Assembly: GCA_964291285.2 (NCBI GenBank) | Contig: OZ219785.1 | Span: forward strand, 640,001 to 704,000 | Direction: 5' to 3' | Length of the DNA stretch: 64,000 nucleotides | Source: Alphaproteobacteria bacterium | Lineage (GTDB): Bacteria; Pseudomonadota; Alphaproteobacteria; Bin95 | In this document: in pieces, positions 1 through 10,421 of the stretch | Layout of the letters: every line of letters begins with the position of its first letter | Numbering within the stretch: the first letter of the stretch is position 1 | The notes under the pieces: generated by a model | Seen by the model: the letters and a program-made list of their open reading frames with translations, nothing else | Told to the model about the DNA's origin: nothing | Database searches by the model: none | Made by a program: the position numbers and the translations under genes

Positions 1-35
1 AGAAGCGGGCAGGAGCCGGTCGCCGGCGGAAATTT

Positions 36-189
36 GTTCGTGTTTTATGATTTATTTCTAGATTGGCACTTGACATATAGCGGATTGTGATATGATGGTC
101 CCCAGGGAAGCGGTATCCGGAGCCGCGTCCCCGGGTGCTGCGCGGCCGAGCGGCGCCATTTTTGAAAACCTGCGAGAAGCCGACGGGAG
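36..189 (+). repeat. Dispersed element copy 1, 5' part (promoter and start of leader), split by IS110
   Basis: 70-189 aligns closely with the reverse complement of about 54145-54265 (TTGACA..GCGGATTGTGATATGATGGTCCCCAGGGAAGCG...GAGAAGCCGACGGGAG). Confidence 0.9.
70..96 (+). promoter_or_regulatory. sigma70-like promoter, TTGACA-N15-TATGAT with extended -10 TG
   Basis: TTGACA 70-75, TG 88-89, TATGAT 91-96; same motif in copy 3 (54239-54265, minus). Spacer is short. Confidence 0.55.
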
Positions 190-206
190 AGCGACTGTGT
201 TGTCGG

Positions 207-1340
<1,134 letters not shown>

Positions 1341-1430
1341 TCAGGCGCGCGAGCCGCGCCGGCGCCGACACGCGCCCGCGCGGGATACGCGCGGAAAAGG
1401 GACCCGCTCCCGTCCGCAGAAGGAGGAACG

Positions 1431-1583
1431 ATGAAACAACCGAGCCCTGCCGCCGGGACCTTTGCCGAAGCCTGGGCAGTGGACATGAACGCCGCGAAGC
1501 CGCAGGTGCCGGCGGGCGGAGCGTTATGCCCGGATGGATCACGGAACATGCCCTACACGCATGCAGAACATGACATCTCATGA
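1431..1583 (+). CDS. Small hypothetical protein (50 aa) in dispersed element
   Basis: Strong [10 protein letters not shown]; weak similarity to the copy 3 ORF. Confidence 0.35.
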   Translation: MKQPSPAAGTFAEAWAVDMNAAKPQVPAGGALCPDGSRNMPYTHAEHDIS

Positions 1584-1648
1584 CATTCCATGACACATGG
1601 CGAGGGAGGCCGGGCGCGCCTCATGACACAACATGACATATCATGACA
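1569..1648 (+). repeat. CATGACA heptamers, two triplets at 10-bp period
   Basis: Starts at 1569, 1579, 1589 and 1622, 1632, 1642. Confidence 0.9.
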
Positions 1649-1699
1649 TGGCGCCGGAGCGGGCCGCCGCGGGGCTCCCGCGGGCCTGCCGGCGCGCGG

Positions 1700-1727
1700 T
1701 TGACAGGCCGGGCGGGCAGGGCAGAAT
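1700..1727 (+). promoter_or_regulatory. Putative tRNA promoter TTGACA-N16-CAGAAT
   Basis: Directly upstream of tRNA-Gly. Confidence 0.5.
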
Positions 1728-1738
1728 GACGGGCGGAA

Positions 1739-1813
1739 GCGGGCGTAGCTCAGTGGTAGAGCATCGGCTTCCCAAGCCGAGTGCCGTGGGTTCGATCCCC
1801 ATCGCCCGCTCCA
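1739..1813 (+). tRNA. tRNA-Gly(CCC)
   Basis: GCGGGCG/CGCCCGC acceptor, anticodon loop TTCCCAA, GGTTCGATCC T arm, encoded CCA. Confidence 0.96.
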
Positions 1814-1839
1814 GCTTGACGCCGGCCCGGGGAGAGGCG

Positions 1840-2697
1840 ATGGAATATCGCGAAATCGAGGTTGCGCCGGTCGCAGGCGCGCTCGGGGCCGAAATCGGCG
1901 GCGTGGACATATCCGGGCCGCTGGCAAGCAGCGTTTTCGACGAAGTTCGCCGCGCTTTCCTCGAACACCGGGTGATTTTCTTTCGCAACCAGTCGCTCTC
2001 GCCCCGCTGCCAGCGCGACTTTGCCGCCCGCTTCGGCCCCTGCAACCGCTATCCCTTCGTGGCCGGGCTGGAGGAATGCCCGGAGGTGATCCCGATCATC
2101 AAGGAGCCGGAGGAGACCTTCAATTTCGGCGGCCTCTGGCATTCCGACACCACCTATCTGGAGAAGCCGCCGCTCGGCACCCTGCTCTACGCCGTCGAGA
2201 CGCCGCCGCATGGCGGCGACACGCTGTTCGCCAACACCAAGCTCGCCTATGACGCGCTCTCGGACGGCATGAAGGCGGCGCTTGCCGGGCTCCGGGGCCT
2301 CTCCAGCGCGAAGATCCGCTATGCGGAGGCCGGGCGGTCCGGACAATTCGCCAAATTCAAGGGCGCGATGACCGCAATCGGCCTCGACCGGGAAGAGACG
2401 CTGGAAGCCTGGCATCCGGTGGTCCGCACCCATCCCGACACCGGCGAGAAGGCGCTCTATCTCAACCGCGCCCACACGATGCGTTTCGAGGGCTGGACCG
2501 AGGCCGAGAGCCGGCCCTGGATAAACTGGCTCTGCGAGCATATCGCGCGGCCGGAATTCACCTGCCGGTTCCGCTGGGAGCCGGGCTCGGTCGCGCTCTG
2601 GGACAATCGCTGCACGCACCATTTCGCGCTCAACGACTATCACGGCCACCGCCGCCACATGCACCGCTGTACCATAGAGGGCGACCGGCCCTCCTGA
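1840..2697 (+). CDS. TauD/TfdA family alpha-ketoglutarate dioxygenase
   Basis: WHSDTT, HPVVRTHP and WDNRCTHH motifs; RBS GGAGAGG. Confidence 0.93.
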   Translation: MEYREIEVAPVAGALGAEIGGVDISGPLASSVFDEVRRAFLEHRVIFFRNQSLSPRCQRDFAARFGPCNRYPFVAGLEECPEVIPIIKEPEETFNFGGLWHSDTTYLEKPPLGTLLYAVETPPHGGDTLFANTKLAYDALSDGMKAALAGLRGLSSAKIRYAEAGRSGQFAKFKGAMTAIGLDREETLEAWHPVVRTHPDTGEKALYLNRAHTMRFEGWTEAESRPWINWLCEHIARPEFTCRFRWEPGSVALWDNRCTHHFALNDYHGHRRHMHRCTIEGDRPS

Positions 2698-2731
2698 GGG
2701 TCCCTGCCCCGCCGTAACTTCCGGAGAGTCC

Positions 2732-3808
2732 ATGAACAGCAAGACCGCGCCCGGGGGCGGGCCGAAGATCGCCATCGTCTGCGCCGGCGCCGTCGGCGCC
2801 CATGTCGGCGGCCACCTGACCCGCGCCGGCTACGCGCCGATCCTGGTCGATTTCTGGCCGGAGCATGTGGACGCCATGCGCCGCGGCGGGCTGAAGCTCA
2901 CCGGCATGACGGAGGCCGAGTGCTTCACCCAGCCGGTCGAGGCCTGGCACATCGCCGAGCTGGAGCGGCTCTCGCGCGAGCGTCCGGTCGATATCGCCTT
3001 CGTGTGCGCCAAGTCCTACGACACGGTCTGGGCGACGGAGATGATCCGGCAATATCTGGCGCCGGACGGCTTCGTCGTGTCGCTCCAGAACGGCATCAAC
3101 GAGGAGCGGGTGGCCGGCGTGGTCGGCTGGGGCAAGACGATGGGCTCGATCGCGAGCCTGATCGCGGTGGAACTGCACGGCCCCGGCGAAGTGCGCCGCA
3201 ATGTGCAGATCGGCGGGGAGAGGCACACCGTCTTCCGCGTCGGCGAGCCGCACGGCCGGGTCACCGACCGCGCGCGGCTCGTCGCGGAGATGCTGGGCCA
3301 TGTGGACAGCGCGGTCGCCACGTCCAACCTCTGGGGCGAGCGCTGGTCGAAGCTGGTCATCAACTCCATGCGCAACCCGATGTCGGCGGCGACCGGCCTC
3401 GGCGGCAATGAGGCGGACCGGCTCGACTACACCCGCCGCCTCGCCATCCGCATCGCCGGCGAGGCGATCCGCATCGGGCTCGCGCACGGTTTCACACTGG
3501 AGAAGCTCTACGGCATGGAGCCGGAGCGCGTCGCCGAGGCGGCGGAGGGCAGCAATGAGGCGATGGCCGAGATCGAGCAGGTGCTGGAGCGCAACGCACA
3601 GGGCCGTTCGGGCGGCCAGCGCCCCTCCATGGGCCAGGACATCCAGAAGGGCCGTCGCACGGAGATCGACTTCATCAACGGGCTGGTGGTGGATTATGCC
3701 GAACGCCTCGGCCTTCCCGCCGACGCCAACCGCGCCATCGTCGAGGTGGTGAAGCGCGTGGAACGCAAGGAAATCGCCCCCGCCCCGGAAAATGTCCGGC
3801 ATATCTGA
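2732..3808 (+). CDS. Ketopantoate reductase (PanE/ApbA) family protein
   Basis: AGAVG, KSYD, LQNG, WSKL and SMGQD..GRRTEIDFING motifs. Confidence 0.88.
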   Translation: MNSKTAPGGGPKIAIVCAGAVGAHVGGHLTRAGYAPILVDFWPEHVDAMRRGGLKLTGMTEAECFTQPVEAWHIAELERLSRERPVDIAFVCAKSYDTVWATEMIRQYLAPDGFVVSLQNGINEERVAGVVGWGKTMGSIASLIAVELHGPGEVRRNVQIGGERHTVFRVGEPHGRVTDRARLVAEMLGHVDSAVATSNLWGERWSKLVINSMRNPMSAATGLGGNEADRLDYTRRLAIRIAGEAIRIGLAHGFTLEKLYGMEPERVAEAAEGSNEAMAEIEQVLERNAQGRSGGQRPSMGQDIQKGRRTEIDFINGLVVDYAERLGLPADANRAIVEVVKRVERKEIAPAPENVRHI

Positions 3809-3843
3809 GGGATAGGCTGGGCGAAAGGGAGGAACCGCCTGTC

Positions 3844-5358
3844 ATGCCGGACAGCGAGAATATCGTTCAAGGCGGGCTGACCTGGAACATCCTGAAACAG
3901 GTGTTCCCGGTGGCGGCGTCGCTCAGGCGCGAGCATTGGGACCTGCTGGCCGGAACCGGAATCGCGGAGACGCAAAGGAATGACGACGAACTGTTCTACG
4001 AGGCGCTGTTGCACAAATTCCGGCGCGATGGAGGATTCGCGGTCGAGCTCGACCGGAGGTTTCTCGGGTCGAAAAAGAAGAAGGACAGGGAAAAAGCCTT
4101 CACCTATCGCGCAAGCCGGTGGCTGACCCAGACGATTCCCGAATTGCTCTCTTATGACGACATACTCGACGCGCCTGTCGACCTGTTCGGCGACGCTACC
4201 GCCGAGCGGGACCTGCGCGACATCATCGTGGACATGCGCCGGGTCGAAAGAGAAGCAAAGGCCCGCCTCGCGCCGCTTGCCGAAGAACGATGGAAATCGG
4301 CCGGCGCGGAACTGCGCGGCCTTCTGGGCGAGCTGGACCGCCCGACGCCGGACGCGGTCGAACGGATAGAGGCCGCCGCCGAGGCGCTTTTGGAGGCCGG
4401 CAGGGAAGTCCGGAAACAGGCTGCGGAACTGGAGCGAAGCCGCACCGATATCCGGATCCTGCTTGAGGCTCTTCCCGACCTGGGCCGCGCCGCCGAGACA
4501 CTGGAGCGCCTCGAAGCGCTCGGGGCCGCGCAATTGGCGGAGCTGGCCGAAATCGCACACGAAGCCCGCATGCCGGTCGATGCGCTGGCCGAGGCGGAAA
4601 CAGGGCTGGCGGCAAAGGAGAAGGAGTTCGAAAGGCAGAGGGCCGAGGGCGCGCCCTGGTCGGCAATCGCGAGGCAGGCGGAGGCCCTGGCGGAACTCGA
4701 AGAGGAAAGGAGCCGCCAGCTTGCAGCGGTGGAGGCCGTGCTGGCCCGGATGGCGACAGCCTCGGCGGCTGCGGAAACCGGGCCGCCTCCCGCGCGCGAC
4801 CGTCCGAAAACCCGAAGCCGCCGCAAGGTTCCGGCTGCGGGCCGCGCTGCGGAGCCCGCGGACGGGGACCGCCCGGCCAGCGGTGCGGCGGAAGACGGGG
4901 CGGTTGAGCCTGCGGGGAAAACCGGCCTCCCGCCGCCCGCGTCCTGGGACGGGTTCGCCGACTGGTGCGGCAAGCATCTGGGCGGTCGTCTTGCCCTGTC
5001 GCCGCGCGCCTGCAGCTCGATCAAGAAGGCGCGATACGAAGATGTCGAGCTTGCGGCGCAATGCCTGGCATGGCTGGCCGGCGACTATCGCCGGTCGCGG
5101 CTGGAGGGCGCGGGCAACAGTCTGCAGGGTCCGGTCCCGGCCGGGTCCGGCGTCCGTAACGACAGATGCGGCGGTGATTCGTTCGAGTTCGACTGGCAGG
5201 GGAAGCGGTTGCAGGCCGACTGGCATATCAAGAGCGGCGGCAATACCCGCGATCCTGCACGGTGCCTGCGCATCTACTATTGCTGGCACGAAGACGACAG
5301 CGGCGGGCAGGTCGTCGTCGCAGACATGCCGGCCCATGTGCGAAGCCGCGCAACCTGA
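3844..5358 (+). CDS. Hypothetical protein: coiled-coil, linker, C-terminal HIKSG..RDP..CLRIYY domain
   Basis: 504-aa ORF with RBS GGGAGG; function not recognised. Confidence 0.75.
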   Translation: MPDSENIVQGGLTWNILKQVFPVAASLRREHWDLLAGTGIAETQRNDDELFYEALLHKFRRDGGFAVELDRRFLGSKKKKDREKAFTYRASRWLTQTIPELLSYDDILDAPVDLFGDATAERDLRDIIVDMRRVEREAKARLAPLAEERWKSAGAELRGLLGELDRPTPDAVERIEAAAEALLEAGREVRKQAAELERSRTDIRILLEALPDLGRAAETLERLEALGAAQLAELAEIAHEARMPVDALAEAETGLAAKEKEFERQRAEGAPWSAIARQAEALAELEEERSRQLAAVEAVLARMATASAAAETGPPPARDRPKTRSRRKVPAAGRAAEPADGDRPASGAAEDGAVEPAGKTGLPPPASWDGFADWCGKHLGGRLALSPRACSSIKKARYEDVELAAQCLAWLAGDYRRSRLEGAGNSLQGPVPAGSGVRNDRCGGDSFEFDWQGKRLQADWHIKSGGNTRDPARCLRIYYCWHEDDSGGQVVVADMPAHVRSRAT

Positions 5359-5376
5359 ACGCAGCCCCGGGGCCGC

Positions 5377-6033
5377 TCACAGCCTCCGGAGGCGCTCGAA
5401 GCGATGCAGCATGAAGGCCGTGCCGAGCGCGGGGGCTGCGAGGTTGACGAGCGGCACGGTCATCAGCCAGGCGATGACGATGCCTGAGAGCCATATCCGG
5501 TAGCGGTAGCGGCGGCGAAGCGCGCGTGCGGCCTCCGGGCCGAACCGGCGGAGCGCGGCCGCCTCGAAATACTCCCGCCCGCAGAGCCAGCCGTTCAGGA
5601 GCCAGAACAACAGGAGCCCCAAGGGGGGCACGAACAGCCAGACCGGCAGCAGCAGGAGGTTGATGCCGAGCGCGGCCCCGGCGAAGAAGGCGGTCTGCCG
5701 GAGCGTTTCGCCCCAGCCCTGCGCCCCGGGCGGCCCGAGACCCGGATAGTGGCGGGCTTCGACGGCGCTTGCGGCGCGCTCCAGGAACAGGCCCTGCAAG
5801 GCGGCGGCCGCGGCCGGGAAGAGCATCGCGCCCGCCGCCAGCGCCGCCGCGCCTCCGGCAAGCCCCGCCGCGACGTCGAGCCAGCCGACGCCGGTGAGTC
5901 CGCCAAGCGCCCATCCGGCGCCTGCCGCGAGCGCGGCCAGCAGCAGCGCGGCGAGCAGGCAGGACAGCAGCACCACGCGGCGGAAGCGCCGGTCGGAAAG
6001 TTGCACGAAAGCCTTGAAGAGGTCGGCGATCAA
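5377..6033 (-). CDS. EI24/CysZ-like membrane protein
   Basis: Several TM segments, NGWLCGREYF and VPLVNLAAP motifs; probable TTG start. Confidence 0.8.
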   Translation of the reverse strand: MIADLFKAFVQLSDRRFRRVVLLSCLLAALLLAALAAGAGWALGGLTGVGWLDVAAGLAGGAAALAAGAMLFPAAAAALQGLFLERAASAVEARHYPGLGPPGAQGWGETLRQTAFFAGAALGINLLLLPVWLFVPPLGLLLFWLLNGWLCGREYFEAAALRRFGPEAARALRRRYRYRIWLSGIVIAWLMTVPLVNLAAPALGTAFMLHRFERLRRL

Positions 6034-6397
6034 GGTGCAGCGTCTTCCTCGAAGCCGTAGGCGCGGGCGAGAAGCCGGACCGGGTGCTCGACCGTCCGGG
6101 CCGGGGCGCCGGGAGCGAGCCGCTCCATGCCCTGCGCGATATGCAGCGCGGCGAGCGGGCATTCGGAGACCACATGACCGCCCGCCTCCAGCGCCCGCTG
6201 CGCGGTCGGGCGACCGAGGCGGAGCGCGATCTCGAAATTGTCCTTGAGGCAGCCCCGGAAGCCGCCATGGCCGGAGCAGCGCTCGATGACCTCGACGGCC
6301 GTGTCGGGAATGAGCTCCAGGAGTTCGACTGCCTTGCGCCCCATGTTCTGGGCGCGGGCATGGCAGGGGATATGGACCACGACCGGCCCGTCGAGGC
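6030..6397 (-). pseudogene. 3' fragment of GlpC-like Fe-S (CCG domain) oxidoreductase, truncated by IS21
   Basis: HIPCH, RCSGHGG, SECPLA and HPV.LLA.AY motifs; frame runs into the IS end at 6398. Confidence 0.8.
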
Positions 6398-7042
6398 TGT
6401 AGGTGACGGTCGTAAAAGGCGCTTATTTGCTGGCGTTGCGCGTTTTTGCGGGGCGTGATGATCGCAGTGATTGTGGTGCGGCGGTGTTTGTGACGGGGGC
6501 CTGGGACGGAAGGAGGGCGTAGCCCGACTGGAGTCGCCGGCCCCCGTCGCGTTGATATTTTCGCCTGCCGAGGGGAGGGTGTCCTGGCGCTGTCGGCGGG
6601 GGTCGCCGGGCTGCGCGAGGGGGTAGACTGGGGCTGCTGAGAACGATGCGGCGCCGGCCCCGTTTGCTAGGTGGCAACGACCGGCGCCGCACCCCCCGAG
6701 CCATGCAAGGCACGGCCCGTATGCGCAGTATCGTAGGCGTTCGGGCGTGGGTCCACCCCGTTCTCATCGGTCTTTGCGATGAGGAACGCCGCCCGCCTGT
6801 TCACCTGCGCTTCGTGCCATCGCCAGGTTGTGCTGTGCCGGCGGTGCGACCACGGCAACATCTACTGCTCGCGTCCGTGCAGCGGCCGGGCGCGGCGGCG
6901 CTCGCTGCGCCTTGCCGGGCGTCGCTACCAGAACAGCCGGCGGGGCCGTCACAAGCATGCCGAACGCCAGCGGCGCTACCGCGAGCGCCGTCGCGTCCGT
7001 GCGCCTGAGGAGGGGCGCCGTGCGCAGAAAGTGACGCATCAC

Positions 7043-8738
7043 CCTAAATCCGGCAGTTGAGGATGGCTTGGCCTTGCCGAATCCCTTGTAGTCTGCGGGT
7101 ATGAGCGGCTTTTCAGGGGCCGAAGAGGCTCACCCTTTGGGTGATTATCCTGGCGCTGTGCGGGATGTCGCCCGAGCGTCGGTGAAGGTGGACACCTTCG
7201 GCGGCGCGGTTCATGTGGAATGGGACCCTGATGCGGCGGTGACGCCGCTGGGGCATCTGGCGTTTTTCTCGGAATACCTGAAGGTAAGCGGTCGCTTTGA
7301 CGCTTTGGTTGCGGACTGCCCGCTGCACTACACGAGCCCGAACGCGCCGTCGAAGCGGGATGTCCTGGGGACGGTTCTTCTGTCGGTTCTGGCGGGGCAG
7401 TCTCGCTATGCGCACATCACGTCGCTGCGCGGCGACGGGGTGAACCCTGCGCTGCTGGGTATGGACAAGGTTGCGAGCGAGGATTCGGTGCGGCGCGGTC
7501 TGGAGCGGATCGGTGCGGATGTCGGCACATCGTGGCTTCAGGGCCATCTGGACGAGGTGGTCCGTCCGCTGCTGAGGGAGCCGTGGGTTCTGGACTGCGA
7601 CACGACGATCAAGGCGCTTTACGGTCGTCAGGAGGGGGCGGTTGTGAGCTACAACCCGAAGAAGCCGGGCCGCCCCTCGCATGCCTGCCATGCGTTCCTG
7701 ATGGCGGGCACGCGGCTTGTTCTGGATGTCGAGGTGGCGCCGGGCAACCATCACCATTCGAGGCGCGCGGCGCCGTCCTTGTGGGCGTTGCTCGACCGTC
7801 TCGGTCGGGATCGCTGGCCGCGTCTGGTGCGGGGCGATAAGGACTGGGGCAGCGAGGCCAACATGGCGTCGTGCGAGGCTGCGGGTCTGGACTATTTGTT
7901 CAAGCTGCGCCTGACGAAGGGGGCGCGCCGGCTTGCCGAGCGGCTGATGGTGCGGGACGGCTGGGAGGATGCAGGCCAGGGCTGGTCGGGGATCGGGGCC
8001 GATCTGCGTCTGCAGGGCTGGAGCCGGACGCGCCGGGTTGTGGTGCTGCGTCGGCGGCTTCCTGCGACGCTGGCGCTGACGCGTGGCGACAAGGCCCAGG
8101 GCGAGCTGTTCTGGACCGAGGCGCAGCCCGGCACCGGGGTGTGGGAGTTCGCGGTGCTGGCGACCTCGCTGGACCTGGAGATACGCTCGCTGGCCCAGCT
8201 CTACCGCGACCGGGCGGACGCGGAGAACGGCTTCGACGAGTTGAAGAACCAGTGGGGTTGGGGCGGCTTCACCACGCGCGACCTGACGCGCTGCCGGCAC
8301 ATGGCCCGGCTGATCGCGCTCATCTACAACTGGTGGAGCCTGTTCGTGCGCCTCGCCGACCCCGACCATCACCGCGAGGCGATCACCAGCCGGCCGCTGC
8401 TCCTGCACGGGGTTGCCCGCCAGACCCACCACGCCGGCCAGACCCGGCTGACGGTGACCTCCCATCACGGGCGTCGCAAGACGGTGATGGCGGCGCTGCG
8501 CCGGATCGCCGGCTTCTTCCGGTCGCTGACGCAAACTGCGGAGCAGTTGAGCGCCGGGGATCGCTGGCGCCGCATCCTCGCCGAGGCGCTCAGGAAATAC
8601 CTCCATGGCCGCGAACCGGGGCGTCAACCCTGGCTGCCGCCACCCAGGGCCGCGACCACGTGCTGAAATCCACGCCCAAATCCGACCGTTCACACTACCC
8701 CGAGACAGCGATCAAGCTCGTCAACTGCCGGATTTAGG
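7043..8738 (+). mobile_element. IS1380-family element
   Basis: Perfect 18-bp IR CCTAAATCCGGCAGTTGA; 5-bp TSD ATCAC (7038-7042, 8739-8743). Confidence 0.93.
7101..8666 (+). CDS. IS1380-type DDE transposase
   Basis: LDCDTT, YGRQEGA..YNPKKPG, RGD and Y..R..AENGFDELK motifs. Confidence 0.9.
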   Translation: MSGFSGAEEAHPLGDYPGAVRDVARASVKVDTFGGAVHVEWDPDAAVTPLGHLAFFSEYLKVSGRFDALVADCPLHYTSPNAPSKRDVLGTVLLSVLAGQSRYAHITSLRGDGVNPALLGMDKVASEDSVRRGLERIGADVGTSWLQGHLDEVVRPLLREPWVLDCDTTIKALYGRQEGAVVSYNPKKPGRPSHACHAFLMAGTRLVLDVEVAPGNHHHSRRAAPSLWALLDRLGRDRWPRLVRGDKDWGSEANMASCEAAGLDYLFKLRLTKGARRLAERLMVRDGWEDAGQGWSGIGADLRLQGWSRTRRVVVLRRRLPATLALTRGDKAQGELFWTEAQPGTGVWEFAVLATSLDLEIRSLAQLYRDRADAENGFDELKNQWGWGGFTTRDLTRCRHMARLIALIYNWWSLFVRLADPDHHREAITSRPLLLHGVARQTHHAGQTRLTVTSHHGRRKTVMAALRRIAGFFRSLTQTAEQLSAGDRWRRILAEALRKYLHGREPGRQPWLPPPRAATTC

Positions 8739-8915
8739 ATCACCCTTTGACCCGTTCACCGCGCCGTCCTGTTGTGGCGGGCATGCCGGCGGGGCGCTCG
8801 GGAAGGAGGCCCTTCGGACCCGACCGTCCCGCCGGAGTGTTCCGCTGCGATCACTGCGGGCGGTTCTGCGCCCGGGCGGTCTATCCGGGCCTGCGCCCGG
8901 CGCGAAGGGAGTGAG

Positions 8916-10421
8916 ATGGCGATCGACCAGCAGACCCGGGCCGAGATCCTGCGGCTGTATTTTGCCGAGAAGTGGCGGATCGGCACGATCGCGCGCCAGC
9001 TCGGCGTCCACCACGGCACGGTCGAGCGCGCGGTGGCGGCCGCCGGGGCGCCCACGCCTGAGAAGCGGCGCAGATCTTCGATGATCGATCCGTTCCTGCC
9101 CTTCGTCCGCCAGACCCTGGCGGTCTGGCCGAAGTTGCCCTCCAGCCGGCTCTACCGGATGGCGGTCGAGCGCGGTTACCGGGGGTGCGAGAGCCACTTC
9201 CGGCGCATGATCGCGCCCGAGCGTCCGCGGCCGGTGGCCGAGGCCTATCTGCGCCTCAAGGCCCTGCCCGGCGAGCAGGCCCAGGTCGACTGGGCCCACT
9301 TCGGCAAGGTGAGGATCGGGCGTGCGGAGCGCCCGCTGATGGCCTTCGTGATGGTGCTCGGCCACTCGCGCCGCCTCTTCCTGCGCTTCTACCTCAACGC
9401 CGGGATGGACAACTTCCTGCGCGGCCATGTCGAGGCCTTCGAGGCTTGGCAGGGCGTGCCCCGCGAGCTCTGGTACGACAATCTGAAGAGCGTCGTGCTG
9501 GAGCGGCGCGGCGACGCCATCCGCTTCAATCCCCGGCTTCTCGACTTCGCAGGCGCCTACCGCTTCCTGCCGAAGCCGGTCGCGGTCGCCCGAGGCAACG
9601 AGAAGGGCCGCGTCGAGCGGGCCATACGCTATGTGCGCGACAGCTTCTTCGCCGCCCGCGCCTGGCGTGACCTCGACGATCTCAACGCCCAGGCCCGGGA
9701 GTGGTGCGAGGGCGTCGCCGCCGACCGCCCCTGGCCGGACGACCGCTCCCTCACCGTGAGCGAGGCCTTCGAGCGCGAGCGCGGCTCCCTGATGGCGCTG
9801 CCCGACGACCGTCCCCCCGTCGACGAGAGGGTCGAGGTCAGGATCGCCAAGACCCCCTATGCCAGGTTCGACCTCAATGACTACAGCGTCCCGCATACCC
9901 ATGTCCGGCGCACCCTCACCGTGGCCGCGACGCTGGAAGAGGTGCGCATCCTCGACGGCATGGAGGTCATCGCCCGCCATCCGCGCAGCTTCGACAAGGC
10001 GGCCCGCATCGAGAACCCCGAACACATTGAGGAGCTGGTCAGGCGCAAGCGTCACGCCCGCAGCCTGCGCGGGCAGAGCCGGCTGCTCCAGGCCGCGCCC
10101 AACAGCGAGCGCCTGATCGCCGAGGCCGCCCCCCGCGGCGCTTATATCGGCGCCACCGTCGCCGCCCTGCTGCGCCTGCTCGACCAATACGGCGCCGCCG
10201 AGCTCGAAGCCGCCATCGACGAGGCCCTCGAACGCGGCGTCCCCCATCCCAATGCCGTGCGCCTCAGCCTCACACGGCGGCGCGAACTGCAGGACAGGCC
10301 GCCGCCGATCCCCATCGACCTGCCCAGGGACCCGCGCGTGCGCGACATCGCCGTGCGCGATCACGATCTCGGCGGATACGACGGGCTGGCCGGCTACCAT
10401 GAAAAGGACAGCGAAGAATGA
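8916..10421 (+). CDS. istA: IS21 transposase
   Basis: PGEQAQVDW, YDNLK and EKGRVER motifs. Confidence 0.95.
   Translation: MAIDQQTRAEILRLYFAEKWRIGTIARQLGVHHGTVERAVAAAGAPTPEKRRRSSMIDPFLPFVRQTLAVWPKLPSSRLYRMAVERGYRGCESHFRRMIAPERPRPVAEAYLRLKALPGEQAQVDWAHFGKVRIGRAERPLMAFVMVLGHSRRLFLRFYLNAGMDNFLRGHVEAFEAWQGVPRELWYDNLKSVVLERRGDAIRFNPRLLDFAGAYRFLPKPVAVARGNEKGRVERAIRYVRDSFFAARAWRDLDDLNAQAREWCEGVAADRPWPDDRSLTVSEAFERERGSLMALPDDRPPVDERVEVRIAKTPYARFDLNDYSVPHTHVRRTLTVAATLEEVRILDGMEVIARHPRSFDKAARIENPEHIEELVRRKRHARSLRGQSRLLQAAPNSERLIAEAAPRGAYIGATVAALLRLLDQYGAAELEAAIDEALERGVPHPNAVRLSLTRRRELQDRPPPIPIDLPRDPRVRDIAVRDHDLGGYDGLAGYHEKDSEE

Larger units (their letters stand above)
6779..8914 (+). pseudogene. Cys-rich (Zn-finger-like) basic ORF upstream of istA, interrupted by IS1380
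   Basis: CASC, CRRC and YCSRPC before the insertion; removing IS plus one TSD restores the frame (..RCDHCGRFC..) to TGA 8912-8914, just before the istA ATG. Confidence 0.8.

Noticed and set aside
1569-1648. CATGACA arrays as a CRISPR array
   Set aside because: Units are 7 bp with 3-bp linkers; no 23-47 bp repeats with unique spacers were seen anywhere in the window
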